A DNA stretch of 64,000 nucleotides from an uncultured bacterium (lineage in GTDB: Bacteria > Caldisericota > JANLFM01). Positions 18,850 through 29,670 of this stretch are shown here, piece by piece. The stretch is from contig CAZTNW010000003.1 of the NCBI GenBank assembly GCA_964614945.1, positions 72,838-136,837 on the forward strand, written 5' to 3'. Position 1 is the first letter of the stretch. Every line of letters starts with the position of its first letter. The notes under the pieces were generated by a model, which had not been told where the DNA came from, did no database searches, and saw only the letters and a program-made list of their open reading frames with translations. A program made the position numbers and the translations under genes.

Positions 18850-20074
18850 TTTCCGCCTCTTCCCTTAAGAACCGCGCCCAGTTCTCGCGGTCGATCTTCT
18901 TTGCTGTAATAAAAATGTCCTTATCACCCCTCCCGGAGATATTAACGACAATGAGGGTGTCCGGGCCATACTCCCTCGCTTTCCTAAGGGCCCAGGAAAG
19001 TGCGTGTGCGGATTCCAGGGCAGGAATGATCCCTTCCAGGCGGGCCAGCGTCCTGTAGCCGACCATGGCTTCTTCGTCGCTGACTTTTTCAAACATGATG
19101 GTGCCTGCGTCATGAAGGAAGGCAAGCTCAGGCCCGATCCCCGGATAATCCAGGCCAGCGCTTATGGAGTGTGTTGGAGCAAGCTGTCCGTATCTGTCCT
19201 GGATAAAATAGGATTTATAGCCCTGAGCTATTCCGGCCCGGCCGTGCTTGCTGAATCGCAGGGCGTTTTCGCCAAAACCGTTACCTTTCCCTCCCGCTTC
19301 GACAGCTACAAACTGGATGCGCTTTTCCCTCAGAAAGGGATAAAAAAACCCCATGGCATTTGACCCTCCTCCGCAGCAGGCGATCATTACATCGGGGAGC
19401 CTGCCCTCGATTTCGAGCATCTGTTTTTTCACTTCTTTTCCGATGATGGATTGAAAATCTCGCACAATAACCGGGTAGGGATGAGGACCGACAACCGAGC
19501 CCAGGAGGTAATGGGTGTCCCTGAGATTTTCAATCCAGTGCTTCAAAGCCATATTAACTGCATCCTTGAGGGTTTTTGCTCCCTCCTTAACAGGGACGAC
19601 ATCCGCCCCCAGGAGCCTCATAGAGAAGACATTGGGATGCTGCCTTTTCATGTCGACCTCTCCCATGAAAATGGTACATCCGAGGCCAAACTTGGCACAG
19701 ACAGAGGCTGTGGCCAGCCCGTGTTGACCCGCTCCGGTCTCGGCGACAATTTTCTTTTTGCCCATTTTCCTGGCCAGGAGGGCCTGGCCGATGACATTAT
19801 TTATCTTATGCGCTCCGGTATGGGCGAGGCCCTCCAGCTTTAAATAAATCCTGCCTCCTTTATTCGCCGAAGTCAGGTTCTCGGCAAAATAAAGCGGAGT
19901 AGGCCTTCCGCAGTAGTTCCGGAGAAGAAAAGCAAGTTCTTTTTTGAAAGCTCTTTCTTTCTTACAGAAAAAATAAGCCTCCTCTAGTTCATCAAGGGCG
20001 GGGATGAGCATTTCGGGTACGAAGCGGCCTCCGAAGTCGCCGAAATATCTGCAGAATTTTTTAACCTTTTCCAT
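18842..20074 (-). CDS. trpB: tryptophan synthase beta subunit
   Basis: 410 aa; PLP-enzyme motifs (LEGLAHTGAHKINN, GAGQHG, CCGGGSNAMG). Confidence 0.95.
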   Translation of the reverse strand: MEKVKKFCRYFGDFGGRFVPEMLIPALDELEEAYFFCKKERAFKKELAFLLRNYCGRPTPLYFAENLTSANKGGRIYLKLEGLAHTGAHKINNVIGQALLARKMGKKKIVAETGAGQHGLATASVCAKFGLGCTIFMGEVDMKRQHPNVFSMRLLGADVVPVKEGAKTLKDAVNMALKHWIENLRDTHYLLGSVVGPHPYPVIVRDFQSIIGKEVKKQMLEIEGRLPDVMIACCGGGSNAMGFFYPFLREKRIQFVAVEAGGKGNGFGENALRFSKHGRAGIAQGYKSYFIQDRYGQLAPTHSISAGLDYPGIGPELAFLHDAGTIMFEKVSDEEAMVGYRTLARLEGIIPALESAHALSWALRKAREYGPDTLIVVNISGRGDKDIFITAKKIDRENWARFLREEAESG

Positions 20075-20693
20075 TTTCCCCTCTTATTCTTCTGATAATG
20101 GAAAAAAACCTGGTCATCTTCTCAATGCTTTTTTTTCTGGCATGCTCTTCCAGAAAACTTGAAGCGTCAACTCCATATGGTCTCAGGCAGGCAACTTCTT
20201 CAACATTTTCAGAGCTTAGGCCTCCGGCGATGATGATCCGGAATTCTCTCCTGACGGCCTCTTGGGCGATTGCCCAGTCGAAGGGCACAGAGGTTCCGCC
20301 TTGCTTACCTTCTACATATGTATCGAGGAGAAATGTCTCACAGTCGTAGGAATTCATTTGCTCAAGTGATTCCTGGCTCCTGACCCGGATAACTTTCCAG
20401 AAAGGCAGGCCGAGTTTCCGGCAGTAATCCGGCGATTCATCGCCATGAAGCTGGACGATATCGAGCCCGGTCTCATAATATATCCTTCTAATGCCTTCTC
20501 GGGTTTCGTTAACAAAAACCCCGACCTTTTTTACAGGCAAAGAAAATTGTCTGGACAGATTTTTAACGAAAGGAGGGGAAACGTAACGTGGGGATAATCG
20601 GTAAAAGATAAAGCCTGCGAAATCAGCGCCAAATGAAGCGACGGCCAGGTAATCCTCGAGATTGGTGATCCCACAGATCTTCACTTTAAGCAT
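20061..20693 (-). CDS. trpF: phosphoribosylanthranilate isomerase
   Basis: 210 aa; KICGIT N-terminus, VQLHGDE block. Confidence 0.85.
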   Translation of the reverse strand: MLKVKICGITNLEDYLAVASFGADFAGFIFYRLSPRYVSPPFVKNLSRQFSLPVKKVGVFVNETREGIRRIYYETGLDIVQLHGDESPDYCRKLGLPFWKVIRVRSQESLEQMNSYDCETFLLDTYVEGKQGGTSVPFDWAIAQEAVRREFRIIIAGGLSSENVEEVACLRPYGVDASSFLEEHARKKSIEKMTRFFSIIRRIRGENGKG

Positions 20694-21456
20694 TCATCAG
20701 CTCTTCCAATTTTTCCCCGGGAGATAAGGAAGCGCAGAGGGCTTCGCCGACCAGGACACCTGAAAACCCGGCATCTTTCAGCTCCCGAATATGAGACGGG
20801 GAATGAATTCCGGATTCACTGATGACTTTGATGGATTCCGGTATGAGCCTCTTCAAGTTGAACGATGTTTCCCTGTCAATCGCAAAAGTCTCCAGATCCC
20901 TGTTATTGATCCCTATGATCTTCGGATTGAGCTTCAGAGCACGGAAGAGCTCTTCTTCAGTATGAACCTCCATGATAACCTGCAGGTCAAGGTGCAAGGC
21001 CTCCATATAGAGCAGTTTCAGGTTTTCATCATCTAAGCAGGCCACAATGAGAAGAATGAAGTCAGCGCCGAGGTTGTAAGATTCATAAATCTGGTAAGGG
21101 TGAATGAGAAAATCCTTGCGCAGCACAGGAATTCTGATATTCCTTGCAATGGCTTTCAAATCCTCTTTCGAGCCAGAAAAGAAGTTCTTTTCCGTGAGGA
21201 CAGAGATCGCCCCTGCCCCCGCTCTCTCGTATAGTCTGGCCAGATCGAGAGCGTTAAGATCTTCTCGGATCATCCCTTTTGCGGGAGAGGCTTTTTTTAC
21301 TTCGGCGATGAAGAAAAAACCTGTCTCCATCAGTTGAAGGACATCGAGAGGCGGCTTCCTTTCCAGAAGATGGAATGAATCGGGGCGGAATGAATCAAAA
21401 TTCTCCCGCTCTTCGATTAAAATCCGGCTGGTGATCCGTTGCAGGATAACTTTCAT
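20686..21456 (-). CDS. trpC: indole-3-glycerol-phosphate synthase
   Basis: 256 aa; FIAEVKKASPAKG, LRKDF, IGINNRDL blocks. Confidence 0.9.
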   Translation of the reverse strand: MKVILQRITSRILIEERENFDSFRPDSFHLLERKPPLDVLQLMETGFFFIAEVKKASPAKGMIREDLNALDLARLYERAGAGAISVLTEKNFFSGSKEDLKAIARNIRIPVLRKDFLIHPYQIYESYNLGADFILLIVACLDDENLKLLYMEALHLDLQVIMEVHTEEELFRALKLNPKIIGINNRDLETFAIDRETSFNLKRLIPESIKVISESGIHSPSHIRELKDAGFSGVLVGEALCASLSPGEKLEELMNA

Positions 21457-23042
21457 GCGTTTGTAATCCTGATCAGTTCCTCAAGCTTTTTCATGGCGGC
21501 ACCTGAATCTATGGAGGTCTTGGCTTTGCTGATGGCCTCTTCCAGTGTTTGGGCCGCCTTGGCAAGATAGATGGCTGCAGCAGCATTGAGGACAACCACA
21601 TCCCTTCGGGGGCCTTTTTCTCCTCCGAGCACAGAGAGGACAATCTCACAGTTAGTCTTCAGGTCTCCTCCCCTCAGATCTTTTTTCTGGCAATAGGCGA
21701 AGCCGTAATTACGCGGGTCAAAAATCATATGCCGCATCCAGCCCTGGTTAATCTCGACAATCTTTGTCGACCCGTTGAGGGTGATTTCATCGAGGCCATC
21801 GCTTCCATGAACTACCATCGCTCTGGCTGTACCCAGCGATATGAGAGTTCTGGCGATTTTTTCCATGATGGAATCGTCAAACACGCCCATAATCTGGCAG
21901 TCGGCTCCGGCTGGATTGGTCAATGGCCCCAACATGTTGAAGATGGTCCTAATTCCCATTTCCACCCTCACGGGTACGGCATGTTTCATCGAGAGATGGA
22001 GTTTTGGAGCAAAGAGAAAGGCCAGACCTGCGAGCTGGAGGGCTTTCTCGAGAATTTCGGGACCAGGGGTGATATTGACACCGAGAGCTTCCATGAGGTC
22101 AGCGCTTCCACAGCGGGAAGTAATCGACCTGTTTCCGTGCTTTGCAACGCAGACGCCTGCTCCTGCAATAACAAAGGAGGCGCAGGTAGATATGTTAAAA
22201 GTTCCGCTCCCGTCGCCCCCTGTGCCGCAAGTATCGACAAGAATTTTTCCTTCCGGCTTCCTGACAGGGGTAGCCTTCCTCCTCATCACCCGGACAAAGC
22301 CTGTAATTTCGGAGACAGCTTCGCCCTTGATCGCCAGCGCTGTCAGAAAAGAGGCTATCTGGGCAGGAGTAGCAGACCCTGAGGTTATCTCGTTCATGAC
22401 TTTTTCCGCCTCGTCCTCGCTGAGGTCTATTCCGGCCGATACTTTCTTTATCGCTGATTGGATAATGCTTGGAAGAGGTTCCGGGCTCAGAAAGTTCATG
22501 AGGAGCTCAGTGCCATTCTCGGTCCCGATTGATTCCGGATGAAACTGTAGACCCTCGATAGTGTAAAGCTTATGCCGGATGCCCATGATTTCGTTGTCCT
22601 CTGTCCAGGCAGAAATCTCCAGTTCTTCGGGGAGGAAGGTTCGGTCGATGACGAGCGAGTGATAGCGAATTGCCGGAAAAGGACTCTTGATCCTGGCGAA
22701 TATCCCTTTCCCGTCATGGTAAATATCGGAGGATTTTCCGTGGTAAAGTGTGGACGCCTTCACGACTTTCGTTCCGAAAGCGACACCGATAGCCTGATGC
22801 CCCAAGCAAATCCCGAGAATCGGGACTTTTCCGGCAAACTTTCTGATGAGCTCGATGCAGATCCCCGCCTTTTCAGGTCTGCCCGGCCCGGGTGAAAGAA
22901 CGATATGGGAGGGTGCCAGCTCTTCTACCTGGGCGAGGTCGATGGCATCGTTCCGTTTGACCATAACCTCTTGCCCCGTTTTTCTGATCGTCTGATAGAT
23001 ATTGAAGGCGAAAGAATCATAGTTATCTATGAGAAGAATCAT
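21453..23042 (-). CDS. trpGD: fused anthranilate synthase component II (glutamine amidotransferase) / anthranilate phosphoribosyltransferase
   Basis: 529 aa; N-terminal GATase (ILGICLGHQAIG, catalytic Cys) and C-terminal TrpD (GTGGDGSGTFNISTCASFVIAGAG). Confidence 0.9.
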   Translation of the reverse strand: MILLIDNYDSFAFNIYQTIRKTGQEVMVKRNDAIDLAQVEELAPSHIVLSPGPGRPEKAGICIELIRKFAGKVPILGICLGHQAIGVAFGTKVVKASTLYHGKSSDIYHDGKGIFARIKSPFPAIRYHSLVIDRTFLPEELEISAWTEDNEIMGIRHKLYTIEGLQFHPESIGTENGTELLMNFLSPEPLPSIIQSAIKKVSAGIDLSEDEAEKVMNEITSGSATPAQIASFLTALAIKGEAVSEITGFVRVMRRKATPVRKPEGKILVDTCGTGGDGSGTFNISTCASFVIAGAGVCVAKHGNRSITSRCGSADLMEALGVNITPGPEILEKALQLAGLAFLFAPKLHLSMKHAVPVRVEMGIRTIFNMLGPLTNPAGADCQIMGVFDDSIMEKIARTLISLGTARAMVVHGSDGLDEITLNGSTKIVEINQGWMRHMIFDPRNYGFAYCQKKDLRGGDLKTNCEIVLSVLGGEKGPRRDVVVLNAAAAIYLAKAAQTLEEAISKAKTSIDSGAAMKKLEELIRITNA

Positions 23043-24510
23043 GTAGATCTCCTCTGGCGGAATTTTCGATCGCTTTCAAGAGAGCTTTGGCTTTGTTGCA
23101 GGATTCCTCGTATTCTCTTTCCGGAATGGAATCGGCGACGATTCCCGCTCCTGCCTGCACAGTGGCCGTATCGTCTTTGATGAGCATGGTCCTGATTGTA
23201 ATGCAGGAATCCATATTGCCGTTGAAGCCGAGGTTGAAAACTATCCCACCGTATATTCCCCTCCGTTTCGGTTCCAGCTCATGGATGATTTCCATAGCCC
23301 TTATTTTGGGAGCCCCGCTGAGAGTGCCCGCCGGGAAAGCGGCCATGATCACGTCGAAAACATCGTAGGAATCATCCAGTTCGGATTTGACCGTGGAGAC
23401 AATGTGCATGACATGTGAGTACTTCTCGATACTCATGAAATCCGCAACCTCCACGCTTCCTGGCTTCGAGACTTTTCCCAGGTCGTTCCGGGCGAGGTCG
23501 ACAAGCATGATGTGCTCGGCGCGTTCTTTCTCATCGGCGAGCAGCTCCCTCGAGATCAGAGAATCCTCTGACACAGTAGCTCCCCTTTGTCGCGTCCCTG
23601 CAATAGGCTTAACCAAAAGCTCCCTGTTCTGAAGCTTCACCATTACTTCAGGAGAGGAACCTATCAGGAAGAAATCATCAAAATCCATAAAGAAGAGGTA
23701 AGGAGAAGGGTTAATGATTCTCAGGGCTTTATAGATTTCGAACACATCACATTCTAATTTGACCTGAAACTTCTGCGAGAGGACGACCTGAATGATCTCC
23801 CCTTCCTCAATATATCTTTGGCTTTTTCGAACGCATTCCAGGAAATAATCTCTTGTCATATCGCCCTGGAATCCAGACCACCAACCTGGAGGTTCCCGCT
23901 CCGGAAGCTCTAGGTTCTGGGAGAGCATTCTCTTTAAGGCATCAATATTCTGGAGCGCTTGCCTATACTCTTGTTCCGGCCTTTCGCGGGGAAAGGTCAT
24001 GACGATGATGAAGATCGTTCTCTTGACTGAATCGTAAATTAGAAGACTCTCCGGGATGACCATGAGTATGTCAGGAATTCCATCCTCATTCTCTTCGACC
24101 GGGATGTTCTCGAAATATTGGATGGCCTCGTAGCCGATATATCCGATCGCTCCTCCAAAAAAAGGAGGTAGTTCTTCGTAGGAAGGGGCTTTGATTCCTG
24201 AGAAGTACTCTCTGATCGCAAGCAGAGGGTTTTGCATCTCTCTGCAAATTTTCGCAGAGGATTCCCCATTATTTTCAATTATGGAAATGGTGTTCCCTAT
24301 CGCCTTGATCGTGCATTTGTTTCCAAGCGCAATGAAAGAATACCTCCCCACGTTTTCCCCCTTTTCTACAGACTCGAGCAGGAATTTAGCTCGGGATTTT
24401 AAATAGATGGAAAGGGGGGTCTCAAAATCCGCCCGAATTTCAGAATAAACCGGTATGACGGTGTATTGCGCAGAATCTGCAAGATACCTTTGTAGATCAG
24501 GATAGCTCAT
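23023..24510 (-). CDS. trpE: anthranilate synthase component I
   Basis: 495 aa; chorismate-binding enzyme fold blocks (LLESVEKGENVGRYSFIALG, GAIGYIGYE, PAGTLSGAPKIRAMEII). Confidence 0.9.
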   Translation of the reverse strand: MSYPDLQRYLADSAQYTVIPVYSEIRADFETPLSIYLKSRAKFLLESVEKGENVGRYSFIALGNKCTIKAIGNTISIIENNGESSAKICREMQNPLLAIREYFSGIKAPSYEELPPFFGGAIGYIGYEAIQYFENIPVEENEDGIPDILMVIPESLLIYDSVKRTIFIIVMTFPRERPEQEYRQALQNIDALKRMLSQNLELPEREPPGWWSGFQGDMTRDYFLECVRKSQRYIEEGEIIQVVLSQKFQVKLECDVFEIYKALRIINPSPYLFFMDFDDFFLIGSSPEVMVKLQNRELLVKPIAGTRQRGATVSEDSLISRELLADEKERAEHIMLVDLARNDLGKVSKPGSVEVADFMSIEKYSHVMHIVSTVKSELDDSYDVFDVIMAAFPAGTLSGAPKIRAMEIIHELEPKRRGIYGGIVFNLGFNGNMDSCITIRTMLIKDDTATVQAGAGIVADSIPEREYEESCNKAKALLKAIENSARGDLHDSSHR

Positions 24511-24511
24511 T

Positions 24512-25510
24512 TCATCCTCCTTCAGTTCTCCATTCCCATGTCCTCTGGATCAGAATAAGGTCGGCCAGGACGCAGGTAGTAGCTGCTTCGACGATGACGG
24601 GGGCGCGCAGGGCGAAACAGGAATCATGCCGGCCTTGGATGATCAGGTCCTCAACCACGCCGCTGCGAAGATTTACTGTCTTCTGAGGTTTGGGGATACT
24701 GGAGGTCGGCTTGACAGCGACCCGGAAAACGAGGGGGTTCCCGTTGGTCAGTCCTCCGTTGACTCCCCCTGAGTGGTTGGTCAGAGTCTCTCCCTTGACT
24801 TTGACAATCGGATCATTGTGAGTGCTTCCCTTCATCTTTGCCGAGGAAAACCCAGAGCCGAATTCTACACCCTTGATTCCGGGGATGGAGAAGACAAGAT
24901 GGCTAATCATCGATTCCGCGGAATCGAAGAAGGGTTCGCCAAGGCCAGAGGGCATGTTTGTTGAGATGCATTCAATAATCCCACCGATTGAGTCATTACT
25001 CTCCACGGCCTCCTTGGCTGCTCTGTCGATCTCGATCGTGCCCCCAGCCTCGATGAGTCGGGCGTTGACCCTGACGGGAAGGACAATTTTTCTGGCAATG
25101 ACGCCCGCCGCCACAAGAGCAACGGTCATCCGGCCTGAAAAATGTCCTCCTCCCCGATAGTCATTAAACCCGAAGAACTTTTTCGCTGCCGTGAGGTCGG
25201 CATGTCCTGGCCTGGGAAGGTAGCGGATATTTTCATAGTGTTCGCTTCTTGTATCTCTGTTCTCGAATGCAATATGAAGGGGAGCACCTGTGGTCTTGCC
25301 CTCAAAAACCCCACTGAGAAAGAGGGGGATATCCTTTTCCCTTCTTTGGGTAGTACCTGCAGCCCGTAAGCCCCTCCTTTCCAGGTCCTCCTGGAAATCA
25401 CCGCCTGTTAAGGGCAGGCCAGGAGGGCAACCATCGATCACGCATCCCACTCCCCAGCCATGGGATTCTCCATAAATAGAGACCCTGAATATTCTGCCAA
25501 AACTATTCAT
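24512..25510 (-). CDS. aroC: chorismate synthase
   Basis: 332 aa; FGESHG-type N-terminus (YGESHGWGVGCVIDGCPPGL), RPGHAD, GGGHFSGR motifs. Confidence 0.85.
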   Translation of the reverse strand: MNSFGRIFRVSIYGESHGWGVGCVIDGCPPGLPLTGGDFQEDLERRGLRAAGTTQRREKDIPLFLSGVFEGKTTGAPLHIAFENRDTRSEHYENIRYLPRPGHADLTAAKKFFGFNDYRGGGHFSGRMTVALVAAGVIARKIVLPVRVNARLIEAGGTIEIDRAAKEAVESNDSIGGIIECISTNMPSGLGEPFFDSAESMISHLVFSIPGIKGVEFGSGFSSAKMKGSTHNDPIVKVKGETLTNHSGGVNGGLTNGNPLVFRVAVKPTSSIPKPQKTVNLRSGVVEDLIIQGRHDSCFALRAPVIVEAATTCVLADLILIQRTWEWRTEGG

Positions 25511-26768
25511 CGATTACCCCTCCGATTCTGGCGAAGTCCTCAAAGAAATCCGGATAAGACTTCGCCACGCATCCACTTCCTTCAAGGAAAATATCTCCGG
25601 AGGCATTGATGGAAGCTAAGGCCAGGGCCATCGCGATCCTGTGATCGTCGTGCGCGTCCACTTTTCCGCCTCTGAGCCCCGAACATTCTATTTCGAGAGA
25701 ATCCCCTTTCAGACGGACATCTGCTCCTAACCTGGTGAATTCCTCCATCAGCGATCTGGCTCGATCACTTTCTTTGTATCTCAGCCTTCCTGCTCCCCAG
25801 ATCCTGCTTATGCCGCGGCAGTGACAGGCAAGAACAGCTAGGGGAGGAAAAAGGTCCGGACAATCCGTGCAATCGAACTCGAATGCTTCGAGGTGCCTTT
25901 TCCGGATCACTATCCCTGAATTAGTGGCATTGATTTCCGCGCCACTCATTTCAAGAGCCTGAAGGATCTTCCTATCGGCCTGAAAAGAGGTTAGGTCGAG
26001 CCCGCTGACTTCGACTTCTCCTCCGATAGCGGCTGCTACGAGAAGGAAGGAAGCAGAGCTCCAATCTCCTTCGGTCCTGTAAGTAAACGGACGATAGCTT
26101 TGATTTCCCTTTATGGAGATCTCCCTGTCACCCGCCTGAGCGATTGCGATGCCCAGATTTTCCAGGAAGTGCACGGTCATATTAAGATAGGGTCTGCTCT
26201 TTAAATCAATGATTTTCAGGATAGAATCCTTTTTCAATACAGGAAGGGAAATGAGAAGCCCGGTCAGGAACTGAGAGCTGAGCGAACCGTCTACAACGGT
26301 AGCCCCCCCTTGGAGCGGTCCTTTAACCATAATGGGAGGAAATCCGACCTGGCTGTAAAAGGAGACACCCAGGTCGCGAAAAGGTCTCTCCATCATGGAG
26401 ACGGGGCGCCTGATCATGCTACCTGAACCTGTGAGTATGAATCTCCCGGGCCAGATCGAGGCTACGGATGCAAACATTCGCAAAGATAGCCCGGACTCTC
26501 CGCAATCTAAAACTCCGCTCTCCGGCTCCCTCTCTCTCGAGATAACGACCCTGTCGCTTTCGGAAAGAGTTCTCGCTCCGAGGCCACGGGCCACAGAAAG
26601 TGCGGCCAGGGAGTCCTGACAGGTGGACGGGTTTAAAATCTCAGACTTTCCCGGTGCCAGAAGAGATACGGCGATCGCCCTGAGCATCATGCTTTTCGAG
26701 GCCGGAGCCTTAATTTTCCCTTTGATCTTAAAGCAGCTGTGTAACTTCTTCATAAGCTTTCCTGGCAA
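25503..26768 (-). CDS. aroA: 3-phosphoshikimate 1-carboxyvinyltransferase (EPSP synthase)
   Basis: 421 aa; KSMMLRAIAVSLLA, LDCGESGLSLRM, C-terminal DDHRIAMALALA blocks. Confidence 0.9.
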   Translation of the reverse strand: MPGKLMKKLHSCFKIKGKIKAPASKSMMLRAIAVSLLAPGKSEILNPSTCQDSLAALSVARGLGARTLSESDRVVISREREPESGVLDCGESGLSLRMFASVASIWPGRFILTGSGSMIRRPVSMMERPFRDLGVSFYSQVGFPPIMVKGPLQGGATVVDGSLSSQFLTGLLISLPVLKKDSILKIIDLKSRPYLNMTVHFLENLGIAIAQAGDREISIKGNQSYRPFTYRTEGDWSSASFLLVAAAIGGEVEVSGLDLTSFQADRKILQALEMSGAEINATNSGIVIRKRHLEAFEFDCTDCPDLFPPLAVLACHCRGISRIWGAGRLRYKESDRARSLMEEFTRLGADVRLKGDSLEIECSGLRGGKVDAHDDHRIAMALALASINASGDIFLEGSGCVAKSYPDFFEDFARIGGVIDE

Positions 26769-28026
26769 CCTCCTTTATACTTCTCTCTGAAGAGATAATG
26801 AGGTCAGCCGCAAGGAAATATTTATCCTTCCTCTCCTGAAAAATTCTTTCCGCTTGTGCCTTCAGGGCATTCTCCTTGAGAAGCGGCCTCTCTTTACCCC
26901 CTTTTAATCTCCTGCTGGACTCCTCCCATCTAGCGAAGAGCCAGATAATGAAAGAGTTTTTCCTCAGAACCCTCCGGTTTCCCTCATCAAGAACGGCTCC
27001 CCCACCGCAGGCGATAACCATATTTTCCTTGTCCTCCAAGCGAGAAATGACCTCCTTTTCTTTCTCCCTGAAATATGGCTCACCTCTCAGGCGGAAGATG
27101 TTACCGACCGTCATTCCCTCCTCCCTCTCGATCTCACTGTCTGTATCCAGAAAAGAGAATCCGAGTTTCGCGGCGAGCACCTCACCCACAGAGGTCTTAC
27201 CGCAGCCCATGAAGCCAATCAGGCTGACATTTCTTCTGACACCTCTCGAAGCGCAACGATCAAGAGGAAAGGGATGCCATTGATTGTCCTCAGGTTTAAT
27301 TCCTGTAAAAATCTCGAAGCTCCGGCAGGCCTGGCTCAGCAACCATTCTTCCCCAGGGATAAATGAAACGCTTTCTTTAGGGCAGATACCTTCCAGAGCT
27401 GAGGGATTATAGACTGCATCAAAAAATATACACTTGTTTCCCGGCGGAAGATCTTTCCAATATGTCTTGATTTCTCGAATCGTGTTAACAACGATGAAAG
27501 TATCCTTCAAATGAACATTCAGGTTGTCCAGGCCTGAGGCCAGGCAACCAATCCGGTAACCGTAATCCCTGGCTTTTTTCACGTTTCTATTCAGGATGAC
27601 GACATTGGCTCCCATATTTCGAAGAGCAAGAGCAGCGGCCTTACCAGCTCCTCCTGCCCCAAGGACGAGGCCTTTTCTGGCGGTCAGATCGAGGCCCCTG
27701 TTGATAAGAGGCCGGGAGACACCATCGAGGTCTGTGTTGAAGCCTTTCTTCCTTCCCTCTTTAAAGATGATCGTATTCACGCTGCCCGTCTTCTCCACCT
27801 GGTCGTCCCATTCCTCTATGAAGGGAAAAACAGATTCCTTAAAAGGAGAAGTAATATTAAACCCCTCGAGGCCAAGGTATTCAGCCAGAAAGAATAATTC
27901 CTCAGGGTTCTCCGGTCCTATTCGAGTATAGTGGGCATCGATGGAGTGGGCTTTGAAAAGCTCCTTGAAGATGAAAGGGCTCTTACTGGGAAGAATAGGG
28001 CTGCCGGCGACAGCAAAGAGTCTCAT
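26728..28026 (-). CDS. aroEK: fused shikimate dehydrogenase / shikimate kinase
   Basis: 432 aa; N-terminal AroE (NITSPFKE, GAGGAGKAAA Rossmann) and C-terminal P-loop kinase (LIGFMGCGKTSVG). Confidence 0.85.
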   Translation of the reverse strand: MRLFAVAGSPILPSKSPFIFKELFKAHSIDAHYTRIGPENPEELFFLAEYLGLEGFNITSPFKESVFPFIEEWDDQVEKTGSVNTIIFKEGRKKGFNTDLDGVSRPLINRGLDLTARKGLVLGAGGAGKAAALALRNMGANVVILNRNVKKARDYGYRIGCLASGLDNLNVHLKDTFIVVNTIREIKTYWKDLPPGNKCIFFDAVYNPSALEGICPKESVSFIPGEEWLLSQACRSFEIFTGIKPEDNQWHPFPLDRCASRGVRRNVSLIGFMGCGKTSVGEVLAAKLGFSFLDTDSEIEREEGMTVGNIFRLRGEPYFREKEKEVISRLEDKENMVIACGGGAVLDEGNRRVLRKNSFIIWLFARWEESSRRLKGGKERPLLKENALKAQAERIFQERKDKYFLAADLIISSERSIKEVARKAYEEVTQLL

Positions 28027-28679
28027 TCCAGCACCCTGCTTAAGCGAGAAACAAGAACCTGCATCCTCTTAAAAGCCAGCTGGCCTTCAGCAGTTTTTTC
28101 AGACTCCTCCAGGCAAGCATAGGTAAAAGGAGCTCCAAAAAAAGGAGCCACAATCCTCGTCAGAGAGGCTTTAGTCCCAGTTCCCAGGGCAATAATCCTC
28201 CCCCGGAAGTTTTCGAATTCCCCGTAGAGGGAGAGAATCCTCAGCATGTCTCTGACAGAAAGGCAGTTACAGGCAATTTTGCAGAGATCCGCTCCCTCGC
28301 TAAAACATTGCCTGACGATTCTTCTCAGCCGCGTGCCGGGGGGAGTTCCTGACTCATCATGATAGGACATAATCACCCGGCATCCTCTATCCCTGGCCAT
28401 CTTCAGGATCTCCTTCCTCGAGGACGCCGGCGAATCGACCTCAAGGTCCACATAGCCGGCCCCGGAACGGATCGCTTCCTTTAAGAGCAGAATCCTTTCG
28501 GTCTCGTGGAATAAGCCGGGTCGGCAAGTGGCTATAAGATTTGCCCGCGAAGAGAAGATCCGGGCAACTTCTTTTTTATTCAACTTGCACAGGTCGATCC
28601 GGACTTCCGCCAGGTCCACTTCTTTGAGGATCGCTGACAGCCGCTGAAGGTCTTTAATCGCCAGGCTTATGCAGATCAT
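28023..28679 (-). CDS. aroD: type I 3-dehydroquinate dehydratase
   Basis: 218 aa; TIM-barrel DHQase blocks (EVRIDL, GYVDLEVD, KIACN). Confidence 0.8.
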   Translation of the reverse strand: MICISLAIKDLQRLSAILKEVDLAEVRIDLCKLNKKEVARIFSSRANLIATCRPGLFHETERILLLKEAIRSGAGYVDLEVDSPASSRKEILKMARDRGCRVIMSYHDESGTPPGTRLRRIVRQCFSEGADLCKIACNCLSVRDMLRILSLYGEFENFRGRIIALGTGTKASLTRIVAPFFGAPFTYACLEESEKTAEGQLAFKRMQVLVSRLSRVLE

Positions 28680-29670
28680 CCATCACCTCAATAAGTTCAT
28701 CAAACGCAATATTTTCAATAGAAGCCTCCCCGATTGATTTCAGGAGGACGAAATCGATCGTCTCTCCTTTCTTCTTCTTATCTTTCCTGATGGATTCAAG
28801 AATCGCGCTCTTCGGAAAACGCAAGGAGACGGGAAGACGGTATTTAACAAGGAGAGACCGCAAGCGTTCGCGATCCGTTCTATCCATGAGCTTTTTCCTG
28901 ACCGAAAGATCTGCGGCCATCATCATACCCACAGCAACAGCCTCGCCGTGACTGAGCCCGTAATTCTTCTCAAAGGCGTGGGCGAAGCTGTGGCCGAAAT
29001 TAAGCTTTCTTCTTTCCTCTCTTTCTCTCTCGTCGCTTTCTACAATCGAAATTTTAATTTTGACAGTGTCCATGATGATTTTCTCGACGACCTTTCTTTC
29101 CAGGCTCAGGGCCAGCCGGTTGTTTTCTTCAAGGAACTGGAAAAGCCCTGCATCAGCGATTGCGGCGGTTTTGACGACCTCGGCAAATCCGCAGGATCTC
29201 TCTTTCGCGTCAAGCGTCGGGAGAAAAGAAGGGTTGATAAAGACAAAATCCGGCTGATTGAAAACTCCCACCATATTTTTATATCCCCTGAAGTTCACTC
29301 CGTTTTTCCCTCCAATGGCAGCATCCACTTGGGCAAGGAGCGTAGTCGGCACAAAAGCAAAATCCACCCCCCTCATGTAGGTCGAGGCAGCAAAGCCGGC
29401 GATATCACAGACCACGCCGCCGCCAATAGCAAGGATAAAAGACGACCTGTCGACACCCCCGGTTAGAAGCTTTTGATATATCGCCCTTACTGTTAGCAGT
29501 GTTTTAGCCTTTTCTCCGATGCCTATGACGATTTTTTGGCGGCAAAGAGGGAAAAAAACCTCATAAAGCCGGTTTACATTCTCATCAGTAATGAGGACGG
29601 TCCTCTCGCTGTCGATATGCTGCGCAACTTCTTCGAATGGACAGTTAAACAGGACGAGTGTCTTGATCAA
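28654..29670 (-). CDS. aroB: 3-dehydroquinate synthase
   Basis: 338 aa; [44 protein letters not shown] block. Confidence 0.9.
   Translation of the reverse strand: MIKTLVLFNCPFEEVAQHIDSERTVLITDENVNRLYEVFFPLCRQKIVIGIGEKAKTLLTVRAIYQKLLTGGVDRSSFILAIGGGVVCDIAGFAASTYMRGVDFAFVPTTLLAQVDAAIGGKNGVNFRGYKNMVGVFNQPDFVFINPSFLPTLDAKERSCGFAEVVKTAAIADAGLFQFLEENNRLALSLERKVVEKIIMDTVKIKISIVESDEREREERRKLNFGHSFAHAFEKNYGLSHGEAVAVGMMMAADLSVRKKLMDRTDRERLRSLLVKYRLPVSLRFPKSAILESIRKDKKKKGETIDFVLLKSIGEASIENIAFDELIEVMDDLHKPGD

Noticed and set aside
21549-22542. Long plus-strand ORFs (277 and 233 aa) inside the trpGD region
   Set aside because: Antisense shadow ORFs within a well-supported minus-strand gene; translations are low-complexity and lack motifs.
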